Source of the DNA: a virus
Lineage: Duplodnaviria > Caudoviricetes
Strand: one strand, 5' to 3'
IMG/VR virus record: IMGVR_UViG_3300014204_000154
Coordinates: 19,666-83,665 of that record
Length of the DNA: 64,000 nucleotides
The position numbers and the translations under genes were made by a program. How positions within the stretch are numbered: position 1 is the stretch's first letter; each line of letters opens with the position of its first letter. Of this stretch, positions 55,065 through 63,529 are shown piece by piece. The notes below the pieces were generated by a model. It had not been told where the DNA came from, made no database searches, and saw only the letters and a program-made list of their open reading frames with translations.

Positions 55065-55211
55065 TTACTTCAGGCAGTCAGCGCACCGGAATCCGGCGTT
55101 GGGCCGCTTGGTTTCCTTGCGGATGCGCTCAATCTTCTTCCGGACGATATCTGCCGGCACCCACTTCGTCTCCCTGCACTTGGTGCACTTCACCTTGATT
55201 TTCCCCTTCAT
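55065..55211 (-). CDS. 48-aa basic Zn-finger protein
   Basis: Not in track; MKGKIKVKCTKCRETKWVPADIVRKKIERIRKETKRPNAGFRCADCLK; AAGGAGG SD; GC3-biased. Confidence 0.75.
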   Translation of the reverse strand: MKGKIKVKCTKCRETKWVPADIVRKKIERIRKETKRPNAGFRCADCLK

Positions 55212-55441
55212 TTTCTTTCCTCCTTTTTAGAATAATGCATTTGTATTCTCCTTGCTTCTGATATCGCGTTTTCCTTTCTCGTTCCCAAATCATAAACCAC
55301 CATTTCGGGAACGTCTATTCCAAACGTTTGCATTTTTGCTTCATGCTCTGTTTCCACCTTTATTGCCATCCGCCACGTGCTATCCAAATTTTCCTCCCCT
55401 TGAGTGGTTGGCCATTCAACCAACATAAACGACTTTTTCAT
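55208..55441 (-). CDS. hypothetical protein
   Basis: Start moved to MKKSFML. Confidence 0.6.
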   Translation of the reverse strand: MKKSFMLVEWPTTQGEENLDSTWRMAIKVETEHEAKMQTFGIDVPEMVVYDLGTRKENAISEARRIQMHYSKKEERK

Positions 55442-55463
55442 TTTCCCCTCCTGTCCCAATCGA

Positions 55464-55889
55464 TCAAAATTTGTGTTGATATTCTTCCACCGCTTGACGG
55501 ATCGTCGTGAGCGCCCTAAATTTTTCAACCAGCAATTTGTTTTCCTCTTCGACCTTTGCCAACCGCACTTCCAACTCCGCTTTCTCCTTTTTCAAGGCTT
55601 GATACTCTTCCTTGACAGCCGCAACGTGATCGCAAAAAGACATCGCTTTCCCAACAACTTTCTTTTCCGTTATCGGCTGTGCATTGGCCGCAAATCGCTT
55701 CCTTCTCTGAAAAAAAGTCGAATAAATCCCGGTCTTGGGGCGCTGCGGTTGATTCTCTGTCAAATTGATTTTAAGAATCGCTTCATACAGCGCATCGGCG
55801 ACTCCATCCGTTATTGGTTCGTTGACATATGCCCTTGCAAAATCATTGATCTCCTTGTTTTCCGCTGCGCTGTATTGTCTTGACCCCAT
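55464..55889 (-). CDS. hypothetical protein, coiled-coil C-terminus
   Basis: AAAGGGAGG SD. Confidence 0.7.
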   Translation of the reverse strand: MGSRQYSAAENKEINDFARAYVNEPITDGVADALYEAILKINLTENQPQRPKTGIYSTFFQRRKRFAANAQPITEKKVVGKAMSFCDHVAAVKEEYQALKKEKAELEVRLAKVEEENKLLVEKFRALTTIRQAVEEYQHKF

Positions 55890-55901
55890 TGTATCCTCCC
55901 T

Positions 55902-56282
55902 TTAGAAAGCGCCTGGAATTTCGATGCTGTCCAGATCGATGTTGTCCATGTCGTCAAACGCGCTCCGGAGATTGTCCGCGGCCGTTTCGGTATCGGAAAA
56001 CTTGTCTGTTCCCTGAAGGTTTTCCGGGAAATTGTCCCGGCGCTCCTCCATCTTGTCGGCCAATTCCTCGATGATCGACTGCGCCAGTGATTTTGCCTCA
56101 TTCGCTTCCGCCAGCTGTTCCATCATCGTTGGCGCCTCGTTGATCTTCTTAATGGAAACGCTTGGCATCGCATCTCCCAGCCGTTCCCGGAGAAGAGCAA
56201 TGGCCATCCCTACAACCTCATGAACCTTTTCCTTCCGAAGACCTTTCTTGGTCACATTAATTTCGATTTTGAACTTTGCCAT
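55902..56282 (-). CDS. hypothetical acidic protein
   Basis: Start moved to MAKFKIE; NFPENLQG motif. Confidence 0.7.
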   Translation of the reverse strand: MAKFKIEINVTKKGLRKEKVHEVVGMAIALLRERLGDAMPSVSIKKINEAPTMMEQLAEANEAKSLAQSIIEELADKMEERRDNFPENLQGTDKFSDTETAADNLRSAFDDMDNIDLDSIEIPGAF

Positions 56283-56295
56283 GATCGTTCTCCTT

Positions 56296-56577
56296 TCAAT
56301 CGCAATCTCTATCGTCAAAAGATATATTTTCAAAATCAACCTTGGCCGCACTTTTGAAACTCTTTTCAAATTCGTTTCTGGCAAAAGCCGCCAGTTTCTT
56401 CCCTACAGCGATATACAAATCATAATACCCATCTTGGTGACCCGTTGTGAACTCGGCAACTGCCAAAATCCTCCGGCTTTCTTCGCAATCGCCGATCTTT
56501 TCCCCGTATCCGACAACCCTGATTCCCTTCCAACTCTTCCTTGCCACCATCTCCTTTTCGAATGTCTTGAAATCCAT
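56296..56577 (-). CDS. hypothetical protein
   Basis: Start moved to MDFKTF (GGGAGG SD). Confidence 0.65.
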   Translation of the reverse strand: MDFKTFEKEMVARKSWKGIRVVGYGEKIGDCEESRRILAVAEFTTGHQDGYYDLYIAVGKKLAAFARNEFEKSFKSAAKVDFENISFDDRDCD

Positions 56578-56578
56578 T

Positions 56579-57262
56579 TCATCCTCCCACAGAGATTTGA
56601 AACCCAAAATTAATGAGAATTCCCTTGACTGCCTGGACCGTTTCCAGCTTGTTGGCCTTCCGCTCCGCAAGTAACTTTCCAACGACACCTACAGCAATTT
56701 TCATGGATTCGTCGGCAACTTCTAACAAGATTTCCTCTACAACCTCGTCAACGATCCGCTCCAGATCCGCTTCTGTCTTCTTGACCGGCATAGCCGCGGA
56801 ATCAACCGTGTCTTCGATATCGGTGAAAAACTTCTTTGGCATAATGATCGGCTTTGTATACGCCTTTTTAGGCTTAACAACTTCGGCCGCTTGTTCGATC
56901 TTGAAATAAGCCTTGAATTCCTTCTCCCAGAGGTCCAGGAGCATAAGGTGAGCGGATTTGAAGGAATCGTCGTGCCGATGCCCCTTTATATGGGCCAACT
57001 CGTGAAGAATCGTGGAAACCCGTTCCCCGCTCAGGTGGACAATCATTCGCTTCTTATCTTTCCAAACCGTCGCGTTTCTTGCCACCGTAACCCTCTTGGT
57101 GTACTCACAACTGAAGAGCGGCCACCCCATCTTCTTGGAGACCAGTTTGCAAAGAAGATTCGCTTCACTCTCGTTTAGATGGATCATCTTGGTTGGGTGC
57201 CCCGCAAGGCTGTGATGCTCTCCCCTACTCTTGCCGGATTTCATCGCTTTATTCTCCGTCAT
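56579..57262 (-). CDS. HExxH (zincin-like) protein
   Basis: STILHELAH...HDDSF; AGGAGGAGG SD. Confidence 0.7.
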   Translation of the reverse strand: MTENKAMKSGKSRGEHHSLAGHPTKMIHLNESEANLLCKLVSKKMGWPLFSCEYTKRVTVARNATVWKDKKRMIVHLSGERVSTILHELAHIKGHRHDDSFKSAHLMLLDLWEKEFKAYFKIEQAAEVVKPKKAYTKPIIMPKKFFTDIEDTVDSAAMPVKKTEADLERIVDEVVEEILLEVADESMKIAVGVVGKLLAERKANKLETVQAVKGILINFGFQISVGG

Positions 57263-57346
57263 AGCCTCCTCCTATTCCGATAATCGATTGATTGAAATAC
57301 CAATCAGAAGATCCATTCCGGTTGGATCTTCCTCAGACGCTTCAAA

Positions 57347-57613
57347 TCAATAAAGTTGCTTGTGAAACGATTTGCCGCAACGGGCGCACGTTCCCGCCAT
57401 ACACCCACTGTCTGGTCCGCCATAACTTTCGTCTATCCACTTGTGACCGAATTTGTTGCAGACCTTGGTCAGAATGGCTATTTTGATAAGCCACCCGATG
57501 GTGTAGAAGAAGTTTGTGAAGAGCAGAATCCTATAAGGAAGCTTGCTGCCCATCGCATACTTGTCCGCCGCTGCGTTGAAAGAGATTTCCTGAAAAAATT
57601 CTTTTGCGTTCAT
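57347..57613 (-). CDS. hypothetical membrane-anchored protein with Zn motif
   Basis: TM segment; C...H...CARC; first ORF after the early leader. Confidence 0.65.
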   Translation of the reverse strand: MNAKEFFQEISFNAAADKYAMGSKLPYRILLFTNFFYTIGWLIKIAILTKVCNKFGHKWIDESYGGPDSGCMAGTCARCGKSFHKQLY

Positions 57614-57958
57614 CGTCTTTCTCCTTTCGTCTCGTAAGTGTCGCGCTTTTCAGATCCTTGATTTGATATAGCGCCGGGAGATTTTTCAATCTCCCACAGG
57701 ATCTATCGCTGAAGTATCATCCAGCATTAACCTACACCGTGGCCAGCCATCTTGTATGTAGGATTTGGGTGCCTCTCCGTTTCCTATCCGGAGTGTTCCT
57801 GCCCCCGTTCTCTTTAGTGTTTTGAAAAGCGCTTCCGCTTTCTCCGTATTCTTGGGCGGGATTGGTCCTGCTCGCCTTTGTTCGCTGCTCCCCGTCTATT
57901 TTCAATCGGCTTTCTATCGATGACCTTTGGTTGCCGTTCCCTTTGTTTTCTCCTTTCT
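57614..57958 (-). ncRNA. candidate ~345-nt structured, purine/GGA-rich RNA downstream of the early promoter
   Basis: No convincing ORF after the first SD; hairpins CTCCG/CGGAG, GGGAGATT-GAAA-AATCTCCC, CCTACA/TGTAGG, GATCCT/AGGATC. Confidence 0.4.
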
Positions 57959-57965
57959 TGATGCT

Positions 57966-57993
57966 AGTTTACCGAAATCTAAAGAGAAGTCAA
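57966..57993 (-). promoter_or_regulatory. strong sigma70-like early promoter with phased A/T tracts upstream
   Basis: TTGACT-16 bp-TAAACT; TTT(T)AAA(A) palindromes at 57998-58029 about 12 bp apart. Confidence 0.7.
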
Positions 57994-58092
57994 GGAATTT
58001 TTTAAAGGATTTTTAAAAATCTTTTAAAACTCAATCGAAACGAGGATTTAGAACAGAAAATATTTTTCTACCCAGGACGATACTAAAGGAAG

Positions 58093-58122
58093 AAAAGGCC
58101 ATCTTTCGGAACCGATGGCCTT
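58093..58122 (-). terminator. terminator after the lysis cassette
   Basis: AAGGCCATC/GATGGCCTT stem + TTTT. Confidence 0.7.
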
Positions 58123-58200
58123 AACTTATTGATATGATTATTGATTTACGAGAATTTTTTAAAAGAATCTTCGAAGATGGGAAAGGATCATCATAAATGG

Positions 58201-58638
58201 TTATAATACAAGGAGAATTACCAGAGCGCCAACCCCGATTCCGCCCAGGAATATTTTGGCATTATCGAAGAAAGACGGCTTGGCCGCGTCCACCTGTTGT
58301 TTCCAGATCTGGTCCTTGGCGACACTGATCTGATTCTTCATTTCGATCATATTTTTGCTCACCTCATCGATCTGTTTGTAGACCTCGATTTGGTCTTGCA
58401 ACAACTGGATCGTTCCCTTCAGAATCGTCAGCTGTTGTTTCAGCTCTTCACTTCCCTCTGCGGCGACAACCAGCTGTTGCTCTGCGATTTTCGCCCTCTC
58501 CAGATCAACAACGATCTTCCCGGCCGTCCCTTCGTCAAAACAGATTTCCTCCGCGCTACTGCTTTGGGGGAAGAGGAGTGCGATCAAGAGCAATAAAACG
58601 ATCCCGAATCTCAGTATTGCTTTTTGGTGGGGGGACAT
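58201..58638 (-). CDS. spanin-like membrane protein
   Basis: N-terminal signal/TM, coiled coil, C-terminal TM; start moved to MSPHQK. Confidence 0.55.
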   Translation of the reverse strand: MSPHQKAILRFGIVLLLLIALLFPQSSSAEEICFDEGTAGKIVVDLERAKIAEQQLVVAAEGSEELKQQLTILKGTIQLLQDQIEVYKQIDEVSKNMIEMKNQISVAKDQIWKQQVDAAKPSFFDNAKIFLGGIGVGALVILLVL

Positions 58639-58951
58639 CTCTTTTCTCCTTTTCAAGATCGCTGTATTTCTTCGCCAGCGTCTCATATTTCGCTTCAGAA
58701 ACTTTTAGCCTTGATTTGAAATCATTGATTTGTCTGTTTTGAGTCAAGATTGTCTCTTCCTTCGCCTTTAACGTCCTCTCATATTGATCTTTCAACGTCT
58801 GCCCAATTGTGGAATCGATAACCGCTGGGGCATCAATCGGCTTGGGAGAAGAGGGCCAAAGCCATATGGCCAAAGCGATAATCGAAGCCAGAATGATAAC
58901 CCCCTTCACAACTGCCCCTTTGTTTTTTTTGATCCATTCTTTCATCACCAA
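58556..58951 (-). CDS. i-spanin-like protein
   Basis: N-terminal TM followed by coiled coil; follows the endolysin. Confidence 0.55.
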   Translation of the reverse strand: MVMKEWIKKNKGAVVKGVIILASIIALAIWLWPSSPKPIDAPAVIDSTIGQTLKDQYERTLKAKEETILTQNRQINDFKSRLKVSEAKYETLAKKYSDLEKEKRDVPPPKSNTEIRDRFIALDRTPLPPKQ

Positions 58952-59529
58952 TACCTCATTTGATCTGGCCCACGTCGGTATTCATTCCCATACCTTGCAA
59001 TCTTTTTCGAATAATCATAATTCACTTCACAAAGGTCCAGCACGCCCCATTTCATTTTGATCTTCTTGCGCTGGCACGAAAGTTTCATCAAATCCCAATC
59101 AAGAATCTTTGCCCGTTGATACTCCGCAAACAAGGTTCCTTTTCCCCCGTTGTAAATCTGAGCATCTATCCATAAAGGTTTATCCTTTGCCCAATTCTCA
59201 ATCCTATGAATCCGATACATATAGAAAGCTTGCATACAGATAGCATGTTGTGGGTTGTAAGGATCTAGCGTCTGGCCCATCAATGATTGAATGTAGGTGG
59301 AAGTCCGTGGCATAAATTGGGCAACTCCTTGCCCAGCATCGAAGGCGGTTGCATTGGACCGGCAAGCCGACTCCGTTTTGAGCTGACCAACCCCGTACCA
59401 ATATGGATACATCATCCCAAATTGTTTCGTGTATTCTATCCTGACGTCATTAACCAAAAGGGCGCAACGATCCGCCGCCCAGGCAGGGAGAGAGAAAAAG
59501 ACAATGATTATGATCAAGACATTTTTCAA
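58945..59529 (-). CDS. endolysin, SLT lytic transglycosylase with N-terminal signal
   Basis: QLKTES, GQGVAQFMPRT, YNGG, NYDYSKKI. Confidence 0.9.
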   Translation of the reverse strand: MKNVLIIIIVFFSLPAWAADRCALLVNDVRIEYTKQFGMMYPYWYGVGQLKTESACRSNATAFDAGQGVAQFMPRTSTYIQSLMGQTLDPYNPQHAICMQAFYMYRIHRIENWAKDKPLWIDAQIYNGGKGTLFAEYQRAKILDWDLMKLSCQRKKIKMKWGVLDLCEVNYDYSKKIARYGNEYRRGPDQMRYW

Positions 59530-59535
59530 GGCTTA

Positions 59536-59856
59536 TTATCCCCCAGAGGAAATCGCATGGATCACAATCATGTAAATTCCCAGAAGGAATATGACCCCAG
59601 CCCAATTCTTCTCCCTGATCAATATCTCAAGATCAAGATAGTGCCATTTCCAATGCCGGAATATATCGACAAGGAGAAGTCCCCAGAGCGCCCCGTTGGT
59701 CTTAACGACAAACAATGCCAGCATGTTGGTCAAAGATCCGGCCTGTTCCGCCTCCTCCTTGGTCGATGGCAAGAGAAAGGAAAGGGAAAACATAACTGCC
59801 ATGACTGCGATTTCAACCCAGATCCGCTTCGCTTTTTTGAATAATTTCTCAAACAT
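59536..59856 (-). CDS. putative holin (3 TM)
   Basis: Three hydrophobic segments; adjacent to the endolysin. Confidence 0.6.
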   Translation of the reverse strand: MFEKLFKKAKRIWVEIAVMAVMFSLSFLLPSTKEEAEQAGSLTNMLALFVVKTNGALWGLLLVDIFRHWKWHYLDLEILIREKNWAGVIFLLGIYMIVIHAISSGG

Positions 59857-59859
59857 TGT

Positions 59860-60258
59860 TTATTCTCCGTCAGAAATAATCACCCCTGTTGTTTCCAGCA
59901 CGCATTGTCCACTGCTGCAATGAATTTGATGTTTATGCTTGTTGATACGATTCCACTTTTCTCCGCTTTCCCTCTTATAATCATCAATATTTATTTTTTT
60001 ATGTATCTCGCTTTGAACCGAAGTCACACATTGCTCGATTCGCCCAACGGTTTTCTTCAATTCATTATGTCTTTCAATCGCCCCTTCCTGCCATATTTTG
60101 AGCGATTCAGCTGCGCTTTTATCCTTTGAAATGATAAGCCGCTTTATGTACCAACCAAGTGTTGGAATTCCGATCACCGAAATCACAGCAAAGACCAAAC
60201 TCAGCAAAAGAGATTCTATGGAAACCGTAACTGGAGTGGATGGGATGGCGGAAAGCAT
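59860..60258 (-). CDS. membrane protein, holin/antiholin-like
   Basis: One TM + coiled coil. Confidence 0.55.
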   Translation of the reverse strand: MLSAIPSTPVTVSIESLLLSLVFAVISVIGIPTLGWYIKRLIISKDKSAAESLKIWQEGAIERHNELKKTVGRIEQCVTSVQSEIHKKINIDDYKRESGEKWNRINKHKHQIHCSSGQCVLETTGVIISDGE

Positions 60259-60283
60259 TTTTGAATCCTCCTGACCTTTTTAT

Positions 60284-60634
60284 TTAATCATTAATCAACA
60301 TTTTATAGATTTCTTCTTCACTCACATCCAGCCCATAATTCGTCGCAATCGCACAGGCGTAGTCTCTCCGGTATTCATCCGATCCGTTGGCTGGTGGATA
60401 CTTTAACTGTTCTCTGTATGCCTTCAACTCAGACCATAACCGATACTTTTTGACGCATAGATAAAGCAATCCATGAAGTCCAAGAGTGATCCAAAAATAA
60501 TTGACATGGATTTTTTCGTGCTCAAGGATGCCAGCATCATCCCGGTACTTTGGGCGAATCCGGATCATCCAGGCGCGGGAGTAGCCGCCTTGCCAATCGG
60601 GCATGTTGTCGGTGTATTTTAACGAGTAGATCAT
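60284..60634 (-). CDS. hypothetical protein with HExxH motif
   Basis: ILEHEKIH...E..AY. Confidence 0.65.
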   Translation of the reverse strand: MIYSLKYTDNMPDWQGGYSRAWMIRIRPKYRDDAGILEHEKIHVNYFWITLGLHGLLYLCVKKYRLWSELKAYREQLKYPPANGSDEYRRDYACAIATNYGLDVSEEEIYKMLIND

Positions 60635-60643
60635 GGCAGCTCC

Positions 60644-61234
60644 TTATGGTTGGATGGCGGATTTCTTATTTACCGTCTGCCCAAAGACATCTTCTAATCG
60701 TGAATGACAAGACCGGCATAAAGTCATCCATGCTTCAGGTATGAGCATCTTATAGTTCTTCGGGTTAAGGACGTTGTGCATATCGAAATGAGAATTTCCA
60801 AAAGCCTTATTGTACGCTTCTATTTCTATTCCACATCCTTTACACGAATCCTTCATGAACAATTCAGCAGCTTTCTCATGCCAATAGGCATAAGTGCCAC
60901 CTACCCACTTGGGAGATTTTTCTGCGGTCTTCCCATGCCAGAAATTGCGTTCACCGGAATTGACTATACTGAGGTTATGTCTAAAGGCATCACTTCTCAC
61001 CTTTCCTATATTCGCTATCCCCAAATTACGGCAATGTTATTCTGAACGAATGTGCAACTTCAAGGAATCACCAGACTTACGCGCTACTTCTGGTCGGCAC
61101 ATCGGAGGGGAAACCTTGGCATTGTGGCCAGTAATAAACTTACGCGGTCTCCACTGTATATCAAATCTTTCGAGTGCCTCACCGCAACCACAAGCGCATT
61201 TGATAATCTCTTGCTGCCTGTTTAATTTTCTCAT
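60644..61234 (-). pseudogene. HNH-type homing endonuclease interrupted by a single in-frame TAA
   Basis: Track ORFs 61037-61234 (CACGCG...GHN) and 60644-61024 (CKGC...H...LCRSCH) share one frame; stop at 61037-61039. Confidence 0.65.
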
Positions 61235-62844
61235 GTCTCAATCCCCGTCACATAGAGGCTGTATGCCGACCAGTTGGCGTCTTCCACATCAATGTACATA
61301 TCTCCGTTGGCATCACATTTTACTTCATATCCAGATGATACAGGGCCAGCCGCAACCTGAGAAATAAGGTGGCTGTTCACGACCCCGGATGAAGTGCAGA
61401 GCTTCAAATATTTTGCCGCCGCAGAGTTTGTCCCGATATGGTAGCCGTAAACTTTTTTGACACCCTTGCCAATCTTCCCATCGCTTGCAGCTTCCAAGTT
61501 GATTGTGGCGTCGGCAGGCACGGCAGCACTATATCCAGTCAGAACGAAGGGAGTCTGGTATCCGATACGCTCGTTTCCGATTGGAGCGAAATTCCCTTGC
61601 CCACAATAACTTCCCAGTACGAGCATGGGTTGGGAGAAGTAGGCGGTTTTTCCGGATGTAGTGTTTTCCAAGCTGATGCAGGTTTGCGTAGATGCGGAGG
61701 CCACTGTAAAAGTAACTTCTATCCATTGCCAGCCAGCCACACCGGTATGGAAAGAGCTATATCTCCACCCATTAACAGAATCATAAGCACCAAGCCGGGC
61801 ATGGGAAGCATCGGTAGCGTATATCCATGCGCCTATGGTAGCTGTTCTGCCTGCAAATCTTTTCAAATGATTTGGTTCAGTAGATGTAACGGGCCACTTG
61901 CAGCTATCATTTGCTGCACCAGAGTTCATCTTAAGTGTGTAAAAGCTGCCATCTTTTGTATAAGTTGAATCGTTATGCTGCCTAAATATATCAAGGGTTG
62001 AATCTTTTTCCCACCCATCCGGAGCCAAGGTATCCGCCGCGACGTATCCGGGGGTGACTTCGTAGAGGGTGACGGAGTCGAAGAGCATGGTGCCTGCGGT
62101 GGCGGTGTTTTTCCATAAATAGATAAGGGTTGTTGTGCCTGTAGCTTCAAATACGGTGCTCGCCATTACCCATGATGCTGATGATGCTCCTACTATTGCG
62201 GCAATTTGTGTAGCGCCATTCTTAACAACGACATCATATTCCTCGTTACCCGATGTTCCAGACTTTACATACGCTGACACATAATATAATTTCCCCGGAA
62301 CCGTAGTCACCTGTTGATACGCATGTTGGCCACTATTACCAACTCTTGTAATTTCGAGACAGTTACCAGTCTTCCCTCCGGCTACACTTGCAAGGGTAGA
62401 ATCACCAGCCGTCCACCCCGTAGTCGCACTATCAAACCCACCATTGGTCAGCAGATTATTAACCAGCGCAGCGTTTGCCCCATCAGTCACCGGAGCCGCA
62501 CCACCCACAGCTTCAACCAACGTGCTCCCGCTCATCGCCTTCCATTCGGTGTTGGAGAGGAGGTTTTGAAGAGAAAATAACCTGACTGGCGTTTGCAATA
62601 TCCATCGACCCGCGCCCGGTGTACCGACAACAGGAGTAATTACATTCAACCCATCATCGGTCAATCCAGAATCGGCATCATACATATATGGAAAAAGAAC
62701 TCCGCTTTCATAAACTGAACATGGATCTCCATCCGCAAGTAGATGACCATTGGAATCAGGGGTGGATGCGCTAATCCCATCCATTGCCGTCGCACCGCCA
62801 CCCGTCTTCAATAATTTGATGTATACTTGCCTTGGCGTAGTCAT
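61231..62844 (-). CDS. tail fibre / receptor-binding protein with CBM4/9-like domains
   Basis: NLLTNGGFDS...GW...YYVSAYVK...LFDSV; second module NLLSN...APDGW. Confidence 0.75.
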   Translation of the reverse strand: MTTPRQVYIKLLKTGGGATAMDGISASTPDSNGHLLADGDPCSVYESGVLFPYMYDADSGLTDDGLNVITPVVGTPGAGRWILQTPVRLFSLQNLLSNTEWKAMSGSTLVEAVGGAAPVTDGANAALVNNLLTNGGFDSATTGWTAGDSTLASVAGGKTGNCLEITRVGNSGQHAYQQVTTVPGKLYYVSAYVKSGTSGNEEYDVVVKNGATQIAAIVGASSASWVMASTVFEATGTTTLIYLWKNTATAGTMLFDSVTLYEVTPGYVAADTLAPDGWEKDSTLDIFRQHNDSTYTKDGSFYTLKMNSGAANDSCKWPVTSTEPNHLKRFAGRTATIGAWIYATDASHARLGAYDSVNGWRYSSFHTGVAGWQWIEVTFTVASASTQTCISLENTTSGKTAYFSQPMLVLGSYCGQGNFAPIGNERIGYQTPFVLTGYSAAVPADATINLEAASDGKIGKGVKKVYGYHIGTNSAAAKYLKLCTSSGVVNSHLISQVAAGPVSSGYEVKCDANGDMYIDVEDANWSAYSLYVTGIET

Positions 62845-63281
62845 TTGCTCTCCTCCATTTTGGCTTTGAATTCTCGCCCTTGATTTACAATAGATTCAAC
62901 GTATGATTGATATTCATTCCAGCCGGTATCATCGCCGGATAACTTGAGCCGCATGAGTTTGTTTTCATCGCTGAGAGAATACTTTTCCGCTATTAATTGC
63001 CTCGTAACGGCATTGACATCTTCAGGGGTGGATACGACCCGGCCTTGGTAGAGTTTCGCTGCTGAGAGGTCAGGGATTGATTTATTCCAGCCTATTTGAT
63101 TGCCATCCTTGTCGATAATTGGATCTGCAATGTCATCGGTCCATTTGGTATCGAATAAATGTTCCTTGACGCCTGTAACTGAACCGTTGGAGCCTCGGAA
63201 ATCGCGGCCTGACTGGATGCAATCACGGAGAAAATAGGTGATGGAGTCAGAACCTTTTTCGTGGATCGCACAGTTAGCCAT
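62841..63281 (-). CDS. tail-associated hypothetical protein (assembly chaperone-like C-terminus)
   Basis: IAEKYSLSDE.KL...W.EY..YVE pattern; adjacent to the fibre gene. Confidence 0.55.
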   Translation of the reverse strand: MANCAIHEKGSDSITYFLRDCIQSGRDFRGSNGSVTGVKEHLFDTKWTDDIADPIIDKDGNQIGWNKSIPDLSAAKLYQGRVVSTPEDVNAVTRQLIAEKYSLSDENKLMRLKLSGDDTGWNEYQSYVESIVNQGREFKAKMEESK

Positions 63282-63283
63282 GA

Positions 63284-63529
63284 TCAGACCTCTCTTTTCA
63301 ACAGCTTAATCGGATTCTTGCAGATTCCACATCGGGCCACGAGCGATACCGTCTCTTTGACATTATGCATGGGGAAAATGCGTGTTATCACAATCTCCCC
63401 CTGATCGGAATAGATGTCTCCCGTTTCCACCTTCTTACCGCCGCACACGGGGCAGGGGCAGACGTAGATTTCCGTTTTACCGAAACTGAGAATAATCTGC
63501 TCGTCTCCGTCATAAATAAAAGTGTTCAT
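63284..63529 (-). CDS. hypothetical protein with Zn ribbon
   Basis: CPVC...CGIC. Confidence 0.6.
   Translation of the reverse strand: MNTFIYDGDEQIILSFGKTEIYVCPCPVCGGKKVETGDIYSDQGEIVITRIFPMHNVKETVSLVARCGICKNPIKLLKREV

Noticed and set aside
57300-57340. Second hammerhead (CTGAGGA followed by a stem)
   Set aside because: The stem is followed by TCTG rather than GAAA, and no stem I/III can be formed
13357-60634. Four HExxH proteins as a single system
   Set aside because: They are dispersed and share nothing beyond the motif
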